A stretch of DNA of 64,000 bases from Pavona decussata (Eukaryota), in assembly GCA_977016875.1 (NCBI GenBank), contig CDRNST010000085.1, positions 4,154,001-4,218,000 of the forward strand, given 5' to 3'. The translations under genes and the position numbers were made by a program. Under the pieces are notes generated by a model. That model saw only the letters and a program-made list of their open reading frames with translations, searched no databases and was not told where the DNA came from. This document shows, in pieces, positions 12,401 through 24,047 of this stretch (the stretch's first letter is position 1; each line of letters begins with the position of its first letter).

Positions 12401-13632
12401 TACCATCCTTGGATAATCCAGCAGCTACAAGATGAAAGCAAAGGTTACCCCATATTCATCACCTGCTACATCGTAATTGAGGACAGGGTCACATATAAAA
12501 ATGTTCCCAAATTGTTCTTTCTATAGCATCAGCAGCCAATTATCTTATCTTACCAGCCAAACATTGCATTTTTAGTAACTGTGGAAGAGATACAAGTATG
12601 ACATTAAGGTTTTTTTTGTCTTAGATGCCCGAGTGACGTCACAGTGAGGTACCATTCCGGTTCTCCAGTCAGTGCAAAGCGGTTTAGTTTTGAAGCCTTC
12701 AAGTTCATTGCTGATCATCCATTCGTGTTTGTTCACTGTCACGTGATTGTATGCAATGCAACTGACCCAGGCTCCAAGTGCGCTAAAAAATGTCCATCAA
12801 GTGGCCGAGGAAAACGTGAGGTGAACGATCACATGGGTAATGACGTGTACTCTTTGGCCCAGGGCCCACTCCACCTTGCACGTGGGAAGCGAGAGGAAAA
12901 GAGTGACAGTACTGTGGACAAGAGCGGTGAGTGAATAAAAGTAGCATTTTAAACAACAAAAGTGAGTTTTCCAAGTGTTTTTACATTTTATCATGTTTTA
13001 TGGGATGTCCTTTTTCAGCAGGTTTACCAAGGTTACGTAATTGAATCAATGATAAAGTTTCTAAATTTAGACTGATTGTCTGTGATTGGTCAATTTAAGT
13101 TGAGACTTGAAACATTCCATTTCCTGAGAAATAAGTACGTACGTGCGCAAACCCAGTCATAGAGTAATTGTAGCTGGTAAGCTCTGTCAGTGTTTTGTAC
13201 TAACACTTTTAAGTGTATTAAGTTTGAATAATAAAAGATTCAAAATGCTACTTACTGAAATTATAAACTTCGGCTTCCCTTAACCTTTAAAAGCTTATTG
13301 TTATGGGAAATAAAACAGACGTTCAAATTTCTTCTCCCATTGTTAATCATATTAACTACCCGGAATGCCGTATTTTCCGTCCGGTAAATCAATTTCAGAT
13401 CTTTAAATGCCCATTGCCAAATTCTAAGTTTTAAATCTTCAACAGCAAGCAACTTTTCTATTAGGAATTTATTAACTAAAGTTCTTTCCATTTAGGTTCC
13501 AGTGCTGCTCTTATGATTGCTCTGTTTGTAATCTGTGTTGCTTGTTTGGCGGGAACAGCGTTGATGATGGTCAAGAAATCACAAGGCAAGCCTGACGGGT
13601 ATACTGTGCTTGCCACTGATGATCAAGAGTGA
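3961..13632 (+). CDS. Copy A: intact 8-exon gene, SP-CTL-Sushi-Sushi-cbEGF-ZP-TM (664 aa), selectin-like head on a uromodulin-like ZP base
   Basis: Exons 3961-4033, 8892-9266, 9764-9961, 10437-10631, 10754-10882, 11278-11863, 12625-12926, 13496-13632. All introns are GT-AG with compatible phases. The total is 1995 nt (665 codons), with no internal stop seen. Confidence 0.88.
5645..5957 (+). mobile_element. 5'-truncated LINE 3' end nested in the Penelope RT
   Basis: ETRTRNSH..FF..RT..DW..L C-terminal pattern and a (GAT)n tail; also present from about 63770. Confidence 0.55.
6402..7112 (+). mobile_element. Non-autonomous Crypton-like (DUF3504/tyrosine recombinase family N-terminus) relic with an intron
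   Basis: ATG 6509 MSSRFATIT*..KMATKF..FN|gtaag..cag|AWL..LNKCLKKF..RKRDGTLY..KSL; terminal hairpin; absent at the homologous site near 49978. Confidence 0.55.
7285..8440 (-). mobile_element. 5'-truncated CR1/L2-group LINE, RT C-terminal half
   Basis: GVPQGSILGPLFFILYINDL, LFADDT, LQKRAVR; AATAAA plus (CTTCAAA)n tail; empty site near 16699. Confidence 0.9.
8588..8756. mobile_element. Small hairpin MITE
   Basis: GGTTGCA..GCCAT(G/T)TTG and CAACATGGC..TGCAATCC inverted ends; absent in the homologous introns near 16815 and 30915. Confidence 0.5.
8892..9266 (+). CDS. Copy A C-type lectin domain exon
   Basis: CPKNW..CY, WIGL, EPN, WND motifs and all six Cys; tag|GAG acceptor and ACG|gtaag donor. 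Confidence 0.93.
9764..9961 (+). CDS. Copy A Sushi/CCP exon 1
   Basis: YGSTCSFSCARGYRLSGPSSTKC..G.W Sushi signature; cag acceptor, gttagt donor. Confidence 0.88.
10437..10631 (+). CDS. Copy A Sushi/CCP exon 2
   Basis: VKCPTL..CSFTCPQGYQQQGPSFKQCRTNGQW..SCV; 195 nt, phase 1-1. Confidence 0.88.
10754..10882 (+). CDS. Copy A calcium-binding EGF exon
   Basis: DINEC..NGGCSHNCVNTAGGFKCEC..RTC. Confidence 0.92.
11278..11863 (+). CDS. Copy A ZP module exon 1 (ZP-N and start of ZP-C)
   Basis: VQCNSNNMTITIPK..LTGC.T..YSN..IQFSCYY..DRCFATPT; phase-2 donor GG|gtgagg. Confidence 0.92.
12036..12268. mobile_element. MITE with perfect 31-bp TIR and 7-bp TSD (P-element-like termini)
   Basis: TIR CAAGAGACTATGAGGTAAGAGAGCGAATCCC; TSD TGTGAAT; empty sites in B (about 38505) and C (about 52605). 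Confidence 0.9.
12625..12926 (+). CDS. Copy A ZP-C exon with furin site RGKR, EHP-like segment and second RGKR
   Basis: GCPSD..RFSFEAFKF..VFVHCHVIVC..C..C..RGKR..SLAQGPLHL.RGKR. Confidence 0.92.
13496..13632 (+). CDS. Copy A transmembrane and cytoplasmic tail exon
   Basis: GSSAALMIALFVICVACLAGTALMMV-KKSQGKPDGYTVLATDDQE*; tttag acceptor; conserved in all three copies. Confidence 0.88.
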
Positions 13633-15629
13633 AAACTAATTCACTAACAAAAACCGGACTTGACACAATTATAGACAACTTGAGCTTGAGATATTCATTT
13701 TATTAAGAAAGAATTACTAAGCAATGTATGCCTCGCTATAAAACTAATTCCCCACTCCAGAAACTGTGACAAGGCTGGTACGCGTGAGGGATTGTGAGAT
13801 TGTTTGTGTCGCACAGACAAATAAATGCATTTCCAGCACTTTGTTGGGGGTAGCGTGGCTCTTAAGTTTTCACCTAAAAGAATAATTTCTATGCAACTGA
13901 CTGCTGGGAAATTGACGTACTTATTTATCGTTTCAATATCCATCCATCTACGCAAACGATCAATTAGCCCTTCCTCGTACCAGTCTCCCCGTAGTTTCTT
14001 GAGTAGAGAATTGTATCAACACCTTGTTCCACTCAAATTTAACGTAATGTCTGACTTAGGGAGGGACTTTCATGCAAAGTTCTTAACGGTCAAATATTGG
14101 AAATCCTATAACCTCAACAGATAAGTTGTTTCAATCATGTTTTTCTGTTTGAGTGGTTTTCATGATTTTCGACTGACAATCATATTTGGCAAGCCAAAGT
14201 TCTGAAAAAACTGCGATGAAATATCGATGATGAATTCGTTAGTGGCTTACCTAAATATCAAGGGGCAAACTTTTCTTCAACTCCAAAGCTGAGCGTATTC
14301 AACAAAATCATTCAGCGATTATAGATGTTAGAATTGCCACAGGTTTAAGTAAATAGAAAAAATGCTAAAATGTAAATGTAAAATGTAGATAGAAAAAAGC
14401 TTGAGACCTACCTTTTCATCTTAGTTTATAATTTTGGCAAATCTCACTAAAAGGAGGCGACAGCGAGTGCAAGTGAATATTGCATTTTATTCTAGTGGCG
14501 TCACTTTAGGATTTAACTCAAACACCTTAAAAAGTCAGAACCACCATGTTTATACATAAACATAGTGCGTAGTAGGTTTCATGTGAACATGAATGGTCAT
14601 CCCTGAGGCCAGCAAAGAACATTATTGTGGCAATAAATAATTAAGTCAGTTTTAGGGATATTCTCTAGTTTTAGGAACAAGGAAAAGCTGTTTTTAATAT
14701 TTTTAGTGTAACAGCCCCCCTCACCCTAAAAGATCCTAAATGCAGTACGACAAAAGTGAGAGCTACCTTGTATAACATAATAAAAACAAATTAAACAGCC
14801 GACTTAGTGAATTTTCATAACTTCCGTTTTCATTTTGATCTGCACTCGCGTGCCTGCCGCGACAACGTTGTTATCACCATGGATTAAGATTCGTGTGAGG
14901 ATTCCATTCGAAGGCCGTTCCTGGCGACCGGTGTGTAACGCTGAATATACAGTATTGACTATGCTCTTTAATACACTTGGAAAATTGCAGTTGCTTTTGA
15001 CTGGCGGCTATCAGCAGTTCGAGATACAAAAGTACACGTGTTTGAATTGTTATTTTTTTCTACAGCATCAAATGAAAGCGAGTTTAAGGAAGCCTTAGAA
15101 GCAAATAACTGTGCATTTCTTAACAGTTATCCCAATGGAAACCATGCTCTGTACACGATTATTCAAGGGGTTTTCGAGTTGTGAGTCACCGGTTGTAAGT
15201 TACTGTACGGAAGGGAAAGGGCTTACTGTACGTACAAGATCGGTTCAAATGTGCATGAAAAAAGTTTCCATTCAAAATTGCCATGTATTAAAAGAATACT
15301 CCCTTGCAATACGGAAATTAGTTAAAATCATTGACGGAGCATGAAAGAGGAAATTTAATCTTAATTTGGTGTGCTTTGGAGAACAATGCTCAAGTTTGGA
15401 AAAATCACGTTGTGATGGATGCCACGTGATACAGATGAACCGGAAGTATTGTATCAGGGTTTCAGTAATGTTTACCGAGGATGGGATAAAACTTGTTAGG
15501 GTATGTAAACAAAGTTTGGAAAGAGACATTCTTATTCAGAAGAAAGAAAACTTCTATTCATTTTGGTTTATTTCTGTGGATGCTATCATAACGTTTGCAG
15601 ATTACATTACTTTGAGTGTTTCGGTGTCG

Positions 15630-15702
15630 ATGGCTTATTATCACTGGCTATTGATATTTCTGGCTGGATTTTCCTTGTTTACGCTTAGAGTTTGTTCTCA
15701 AG
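15630..15702 (+). CDS. Orphan A-type leader exon (truncated copy, or distal first exon for copy B)
   Basis: Same peptide as 3961 with an intact donor; its intron ends at a CTL-type acceptor (catactgtag, about 16864) that is followed by LINE sequence instead of a lectin exon. Confidence 0.7.
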
Positions 15703-18700
15703 GTAAGCTAATTGAATTAAGGAACTGCATGTCCTGTTGTTTGAGTATATTTTGACCAAGCGGCCATCATGATCAAATTGTGCATCATAAAAATATTGAC
15801 ATCTGCACTTATCATCCAAAATATTCAATAATTCACTGAGTCGCACTTTAAAACCTAGAGAAATTGCTCATTAAATAATGAAACAGAAATATTTTAGGTA
15901 TTACGTCTTTAAGAAATACAAATTCGCGGTCGCCATATTTGTTTTCAAAATTCTTTTAAAACTGTGGCAATAATGTAACCTCGGTTCCAGTCCTAGCTTT
16001 TTGCTTCTATATCACCGACCCACCTCTCCCTGGAGTTTATTTTGCGAGAAAGACGCATTTGTGGCACACTACTTTCGAGAGGAAGATTGAGATGTACTTG
16101 GTGGAGTTACTGGGTTTGCCTTGCCTAGCATGACTCTACAGTATCTCTGAACAGCTAAATTAAATAGAAATGCCCTGTTGCCAAAGTCTTGCAATTTGGA
16201 AGGCTTCAAAAAACGTTATCCTTGATTTACCGAACATCAATTTCCGGGAAGCCATTGTGAATGTATCGAGATATTTGAACAAAAAGCGCCCGTTTTTAGA
16301 CCAAAAATTCACTCTTAACCTTTCATGAACCGCAATATTTCCAATTAAGTATATTTTGACAGCCAAAGCACGTCAATTTAGATCACTGACAAAACCGCAA
16401 AGCTGAAATATTCTGTACGCAAAATGATTAAGTTCATCAACTGGAGTGGAGAATCATGTATTTACATATTTTAGAAACAAGTACAGATTTTAGCATGAAA
16501 ACGTTCTAGTAATAATTGATCTATTTGTTTATTTGTGCATATTGGAGGAGCGGCAACAGAAGGATTTTCCTTTCGGAAATAAATTTCATTTTCATGCAAA
16601 TATCTGGTAAATATATCTTTTATTGTTTTGTACCTCCAAGCTGAGGGTGGCCGTCGTGAAAACAACCTTGTCAATCTATAGTGTTGGTTCCAAAATATGC
16701 TGACATGCATGAGCGAAATAAGTAAAAGGACGCGTACGTTTATCACCTCTGTCAGTCACTCAACTAAAGAGACTGTAACAAAAGACTAAACCATGCAAGC
16801 AGATTAAGAAAAAAGAATGATTATATAAATAACTCACCTCTGATGCAATGTCATCATACTGTAGTGAGTTTTGCTTCCACAGTTTTCCTCCAGTGTTTTT
16901 GTTCCAGCGTCAAATCAGTTCAACCCCGTTCAGGACTCCCTAGAAGACAAAATTTTTCCGATTTCGATGAAACGAAAGAGTCGAAACCAAAAAAGTAAAT
17001 TCAAATCAGAAAACTCTTTGTTTTTCCGGACGTCGGTAATGAATATTGTTCACCACTGGCTCTCCGTATAAATTGCCAAGGTAACAAGAATAGCAGGAGC
17101 ACCGTAGCTGTCTCCGAAGAAATCAGCGTATGCACTAAAAATAGACAAGGAACTACTTCAACGATGCCACAAACCATTAGCGAACCTCACACAGCGAGTA
17201 ATCGACAAGGACTTAAACACTGCAAAAGAAAATAGCGATGATATCGACCAATGGTTGAATGTCATGGGCTATCAGTCGTAAGATTGACATATTTCTAGAT
17301 CCCACGAGTAAAACAGCCTGGCTTGACACGGCTGAACATAAATTTGGCAGGACCAACACAAGAATGCATCCAGGCTTTAGCTAAGAAGAGCGAAACACAG
17401 GAGGAGCTGTAAAAGAGACTTAAAATCTCCTCGAAACCATAAATGGATACAACGGCCATAGATAACAACACGACAACAGAGTACATATATACCACTGGGA
17501 GATTATGGTAATCAAACTAAAACGGCTCACCACGCATAGAATTGAGAAAACTCAAGTTTACTTTTTCATAGCAAGTCTAAAAGTGCGACAACAAATGGAA
17601 GTTCTAAGAGCAAAACCCGAGCAAGAACACGAACCCAGTATCATACAGGAATAATCAGGCAATGCACTCTACCTCTGTTTTTTAAGGCGACATTCCTTTG
17701 CATCCATTTTACATCTCCTCGCCACGATCAAAGACATGAACCGCTAAAGAGACTCAAGACTCAGAATATACCCCCAAAAGACATGTAGCGAAGCTTCTCC
17801 AACGCAAAGGAATCAAAGACAGGCCGCAATGAGTGTTTCCTTGGACTTGGATCCAATCCCCCTACACACGATGTAGCATTTTCTTTCACTGCTGACGTCA
17901 GCACTGCAATTGAGCATTTCTTTCCGGCCAAAACGGTCCGGTTTCATCCAACTGACAAACCTTGGACTACTGCACATATAAAACAGCTAAGAAAGCAGCG
18001 CCAGCATCACTTCACTCTGGCGATGATCAAATGTGGCGCCTTAACAGACGCAAGGTCCAGACTGAGACCAAACTGAGGAAGAGGATTTTCTACGTGGCGA
18101 AAGTTCAGAATACACGAAACGACGATATGCCGTAGTGGTAAACTCCGTGAAGATCATGTCGGGACGCTCTAACAGTCGTCAGCCTAAGAGGCCGTTTCAC
18201 GTAAATTGGCAGCCAATTATTAATTTTGACAGCAGTGGCATAAAATACGGTGTAATAATTCTGTACAAAGGGATTTCAGAGATGAACTGAAGATACTGGG
18301 CAAAACATTTTTCCCAATCAAATTTTAGAAGAGTAGTTTTGGTAACAAGTGGCAATAATGTTTAATTTGAAGTTTCCATTCATATATTCATCTCCAAAGC
18401 CCGCGGGGAAAGTTTATGGACAGATATGTTTAAAATTTCAAAGTTGAGTTCCGTTTTGTCACTCGAATTGCACCCTGCGGCCTCAAGTTAAATTTGTCAA
18501 GTCTTTGGCAAACATAAACACACATACACGGGTTTAACAAGCAACTTCTGCTTTATTGCTGCTTCGACGCTTAGCTTGATGTTATCGTTGTCGACCGGTT
18601 GTTTAGTTTACGTTACATTAATTTGTCTATACTTACGAATATAAGTATTTTTTTCTATAATACTCTTTTTTTATTGTAAATATGTATTTTTAGCTCGGTC

Positions 18701-19552
18701 CAACTAGTACCCTGTGTACTATTTATTTACCGAGGTGAAATAAATTTCTTACCTTCTTCTTATTTACGTTTTTCATCAGTGACAAGTGTATAAAAGAGTG
18801 AATCTCGAGGAGAAAAATATACCGGCCGATCGGCGAATGACCATAGAGCGAGAGAGGAGAGTATTTAGGAAGACGATCCGGCTTATAATCATCAGTATGT
18901 TACGGTTCGTGAATTTCGATGTATACAACCACGTTTTAGTCAGGGTCACTTCACTTAAACAGTACGCTTACGGTACGGTTAAGCTCCATCTGTGGGCCCC
19001 TTAAACTCAAAGTACAACTTAGTCTCTGTAGGGCGTTTTTACTTGAATGCTTTACTTGATAATAGTTCTATGTACCACATCCACGATAAATTTATTAATC
19101 AGCTTGCGCAATAATAAATTTGAGATGCAATTGTCGGGGTATGAAATTGAATTTAATAATAGCATTAATTAAACTAAAGACGGAAAAACAATGGTCCCAA
19201 GACGATTACTAAGCCAACGTTTAATTCCCTTCTCTTTCTACTTTTCGGTTTCTTTCAATGTTCGACGAAGAACGATGTAAGCGGGATTAGTCGTAATAAA
19301 CGTTATGGTAGGCCGTGCCGAAATAAATCAAATTGACGTGATTAGAGGAGATGGTCTCACGATAGCTGAATTTGTACTCCTTTTATATTTGATGACTACT
19401 GACTAGTTTAAAATCATTTTGCGGTGAAACATAAAACATTAGCCTACTATAATAAACATGGACTGTCGTGAGCAGAGACAAAAAATGAAATATTTAGTTT
19501 TACTTTAAACCGACACTTCGGGTCAGTATAAACAATCACCCAGTATTGATAC

Positions 19553-19577
19553 CACGTGACACAAATGAACGGGAAGT
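19553..19577 (+). promoter_or_regulatory. Conserved E-box plus ETS-like module about 200 bp upstream of every leader ATG
   Basis: CACGTGAYACARATGAAC(C/G)(G/A)GAAG at 3758, 15423, 19553, 23783, 47720, 61417, in otherwise divergent A- and B-type upstream regions. Confidence 0.55.
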
Positions 19578-19743
19578 GCAGTAAAGACATACGAGATAAA
19601 ACCCGTTATAGAATCTCAAATAGTCATCGTTAAAATAAAGAAACACTTCCATCCGCTATTCCGCATTTTCTGGCAAATCTCTTTGCTGTTTACGATTGGC
19701 AGTTAAAAGCCTTTTATTGAGTATTTTTGCCGGTGTCGTGTTC

Positions 19744-19816
19744 ATGGCTCGTGATTACTTTCTACTAATATTTCTGGTTGGATTTTCGCTGTTTGCGTTA
19801 CGAGGCAGTTCTCAAG
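19744..19816 (+). CDS. B-type leader exon MARDYFLLIFLVGFSLFALRGSSQ(G)
   Basis: 73 nt, phase 1, AAG|GTAGG donor; homologous to the A-type leader. Confidence 0.75.
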
Positions 19817-22800
19817 GTAGGTTGATTTGTTTGTATACCTATGTGTAATTGGACCACTCGACCGCCATGATTTGATAATAAATTTGTCACGGAGTAAATT
19901 AAATCCTTTATAAAAATTACTTTCAATGCGTGAAATAAAGTTCCTTTGAGGATGCACTTGTAAACAAAACGTAAGCTACGCCTGAATGAACAATACTTAC
20001 AACCCCAGTTAATTGTGTCTACACTGAAGGTGACTAATGTCAAATCGCAAGTAAACGTGGCCTTGTTTCAAGTACAACTTACCTTAGTACACCTGCTTTA
20101 GAATTAAGTCGTCTCTGGTCAGCTTCCTAGGCCAAGGAAATTTTGTAATTTCCCATCGCACTGACTAAGTTCTTCAAGACTGTACTGATTTTTTTCATAA
20201 GTTATCTAAAAGCATTTATTCGGCTGCAACCCAAAATAATATAATCGAACAACTATTACCATAAAAGGAGCGCTCTTGTAAGTTAATCCGTTTTTTAACC
20301 TTACTGCACATTCGGGATTCGTGTCTCAAGCTGAGAATAAAGAGTTATGTTTGAAGTCGAGGCCCTTGTGAGTTTGTTGCAACAAGTGATTGCAGAGCCC
20401 GCAGATAACGGCAAGCGAAGAGAGTCACGTTGAGCTGGTTTCCCGATTTGAGTGCTTATTCCCGCCTGTCTACCCCAGACGGTCCACGGTCTGTCTTCCA
20501 GTGTTTTGAGTGGGAAATATAATCGATCGTCGCAGTGATCTGAGTGGAGAATGCTTAGTCAACAGGGTCAGCTGGTTGGAGGACAGCCTTTGACGTTAGC
20601 TTAAATTTGCGTTGGAGTGCTACGCCAGACTTGAAGTCTTGGAGCGTAAACACGGAAGTTGCCCAAGTTCGGGAGTAAAGACAATTATTATTATAACGTC
20701 TCTTCGTTAATGAATTCCGCTGAGAACTGAAACTTTTTCGAAAAAATTCCAAAGTATAATTTGAGGGGCATCCGATAAACATTTCTCGTGTTTATGGGAC
20801 CAGTACATCAAAGGTGAAAGTCATCTGAGAACTTATCCTAAGAAGAACGTTTGCCACATTGCCGTTTTTTCTCCGAGAACCATGTCGCTCCAAAGGAAAA
20901 TAACGCTAGTTCCGGTGAACAGGAAAGCTCTTAACACTAGGAAAAACGGAAGTTCCACAGCATTTCTCTACACTCAATGAAGCAGATGTAGTGGCCAAGA
21001 ATCCATAGATGTCAGCTTCGATCCTAGCAGCGATTCCGAATCGTTAAAGGTGAAGCCATCCTTCCACATCCACAACGCTCCATGACCTGAATTTTGCCTC
21101 CACAATTTTCCTCCAGTACTTTTTTCCAGCGTCAAATCAGTTCAACCCCGTTAAAGACTCCCTAGAAGACAAAATATTTCCGACTTCGATGAAACGAAAG
21201 AGTCGAAAGAAAAAAAGAAAATTCAAATCAGAAAACTCTTTGTTTTCCCGGAGACTTCCGTAATGAATATTGTTCACCACTAGCTCCTCGTATAAATTGC
21301 GAAGGTAACAAGAATAGCAGGAGGACCGTAGCTGTCTCCGAAGAAATCAGCGTATGCACTAAAAATAGACAAGGAACTACTTCAACGATGCCACAAACCA
21401 TTAGCGAACCTCACACAGCAAGTAATCGACAAGAACTTAAAACTGTGGAAAAGAAAATCGCGACGATATCGACCAATGGTTGAATGCAATGGGCTATCAG
21501 TTGTAAGATTGACATATTTCTCGCTCCCACGAATAAAACAGCCTAGCTTGACACGGCTGAACATAAATTTTGCAGGACCAACACAAGAATGCATCCAGGC
21601 TTTAGCTAGAAAGTGAGAAACACATGAGGAACTGTAAAAGAGACTTAAAATCTCCTCGAAACCGTAAATGGATACAACGGCCATAGATAACAACACGACA
21701 ACAGAGTACATATAAAAAATGGGAGATTATGGTAATCAAACTAAAACGGCTCACCACGCATGGAACCGAGAACACTCAAGTTTACTATTTCATAGAAAGT
21801 CTAAAAGTGCGACAACAAATGGAAGTTCTAAGAGCAAAACCCGAGCAAGAACACGAACCCAGTATCACACAGGAATAATCAGGCAATGCACTCTATCTCT
21901 GTTTTTTAAGGCGATATTCCTTTGCATCCATTTTTACATCTCCTCGCCACGATCAAAAGACATGAACCGCTAAAGAGCCTCAAGACTCAGAATATACCCC
22001 CAAAGGACATTTAGCGAAGCTTCTTCAACGCGAAGGAATCAAAGACAGGCCGCAATAAGTGGTTCCTTGGACCCCCTACACATGGCGATGTAGCATCTTC
22101 TTTCACTGCTGACGTCAGCGCTGCAATTGACCATTTCTTTCCGGGCAAAACGGTCCGGTTTCATCCAACCGGACACACCTTGGACTACTGCACGTTTAAA
22201 ACAGCTAAGAAATCAGCGCCAGCATCATTGCACTCTGGCGATGGCCAAATGTGGCGCCTTAACAGACGCAAGGTCCAGACTGAGACCAAACTGAGGAAGA
22301 GGAATTTCTACGCGGTGAAAGTTCACAATACACGAAAGAACGATGTGGGGTAGTGGTAGAACACCGTGAACATCATGTCAGGACGCTCTAACAGCCGTCA
22401 GCCTAATAGGCCGTTTCACGTGAATTGGCAGCCAATTATTAATTTTGACAGCAGTGGCATAAAATACGGTGTTTGCATGGGAATTCGATGACAAATAATT
22501 CTGTACAAAGTTATTTCAGAGATGAACTGAAGATACTGGGCAAAACATTTTTCCCAATCAAATTTCAGAAGCGCAGTTTTGGTAACAAGTGGCAATAATG
22601 TTTAATTTGAAGTTTTCATTCATATATTCATCTCCAAAGCCCGCGGGAAAGCTTATGGACAGATATGTTTAAAATTTCAAAGTTGAGTTCCGTTTTGTCA
22701 CTGAAATCGCACCCTGGGGCCTCAAGTTAAATTTGTCAAGTCTTTGGCAAACATAAACACCCATGCATGGGTTTAACAAGCAACTTCTGCTTTATTGCTG

Positions 22801-23091
22801 CTTCGACGCTTTGCTCAGGATGTTATCGTTGCCGACAGGTTGTTCAGTTTACGTTACTTTAATTTGTCTATACTTACGAATATAAGTATTTTTTTTGTTA
22901 TATAATTTCTCTTTTTTTATTGTAAATATGTAATTTTAGCTCGGTCCAACTGGTACTATGTGTACTATTTATTTACCAAGGTGAAAAAAATTTCTTACTT
23001 ACTTGTTATTTACGTTTTTCATCAGTGACAATTGTATAAATGAGTGAATCTCGAGGAAAAAAAAATACACCGGCCGATCGGCGACTGACCA

Positions 23092-23126
23092 GAGAGAGGG
23101 AGAGAGAGAGAGAGAGAGAGAGAGGA
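23092..23126. repeat. (GA)n microsatellite
   Basis: Expanded relative to the homologous site near 18845. Confidence 0.9.
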
Positions 23127-23974
23127 GAGTATTTAGGAGGATGATAAAAGTACGGCTTATAATCATCAGTATGTTACGGTTCGTGAATTTCGATGTATAC
23201 AACCACGTTTTAGTCAGAATCACTTAACTTAAACAGTACGCTTACGGTTAAGCTCCATCTGTGGGCCCCTTTAACTCTGTAGGGTGTTTTTTACTTGAAT
23301 GCTTTACTTGATAATAGTTCTATGTACCACATCCACAATTTAATCAGTTTGCGCAACAATAAATTTGAGATGCAATTGTCGGGGTAAGAAATTGAATTTA
23401 ATAATGGCATTAACTAAACTAAAGACGGAAACACAATGGTCCCAAGACGATTACTAAGCCAACGCTGAATTCCCTTCTCTTTCTCCTTTTCGGTTTCTTT
23501 CAATGTTCGACGAAGCGGGATTAGTCGCAATTTAAACGTTACGGTAGGCCGTACCGAAATAAATCAAATTGACGTGATCAGAGGAGGTGATCTCACGATA
23601 GCTGAATTTGTACTCGTCTCCTTTTATATTTGATGATTGCTAACTAGTTTAAAATCATTGCAGCGAAACATAAAACATTAGCCTACTATAATAAACATGG
23701 CCTGTCGTGAGCACAGACAAAAACTGAAATATTAAAATTTTACTTTAAACCGACAGTGCAAACAATCATCCAGTATTGATATCACGTGACACAAATGAAC
23801 GGGAAGTGCAGTAAAGACATACGAGATAAAACCGGTTATAGAATATCAAATAGTCTTCGTAAAAATAAAGAAACATTTCCATCCGCTATTCCGCATTTTC
23901 TGGCAAATCTCTTTGTTGTTTACGATTGGCAGTTAAAAGCCTTTTATTGAGTATTTTTGCCGGGTGTCGTGTTC

Positions 23975-24047
23975 ATGGCTCGTGATTTTTTTCTACTAAT
24001 ATTTCTGGTTGGATTTTCGCTGTTTGCGCTACGAGGCAGTTCTCAAG
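23975..24047 (+). CDS. B-type leader exon MARDFFLLIFLVGFSLFALRGSSQ(G), nearest to the copy B lectin exons
   Basis: 73 nt, phase 1, AAG|GTAGG donor. Confidence 0.8.

Noticed and set aside
13820-13825. AATAAA as the polyadenylation signal of copy A (40043 in B)
   Set aside because: Plausible but not distinguishable from background in AT-rich DNA without 3' end data.
14835-15098. 87-aa ORF nearly identical to 60829-61092
   Set aside because: The identity reflects the recent 2-kb duplication or conversion; the more diverged copy near 3230 is rearranged, and I recognise no domain.
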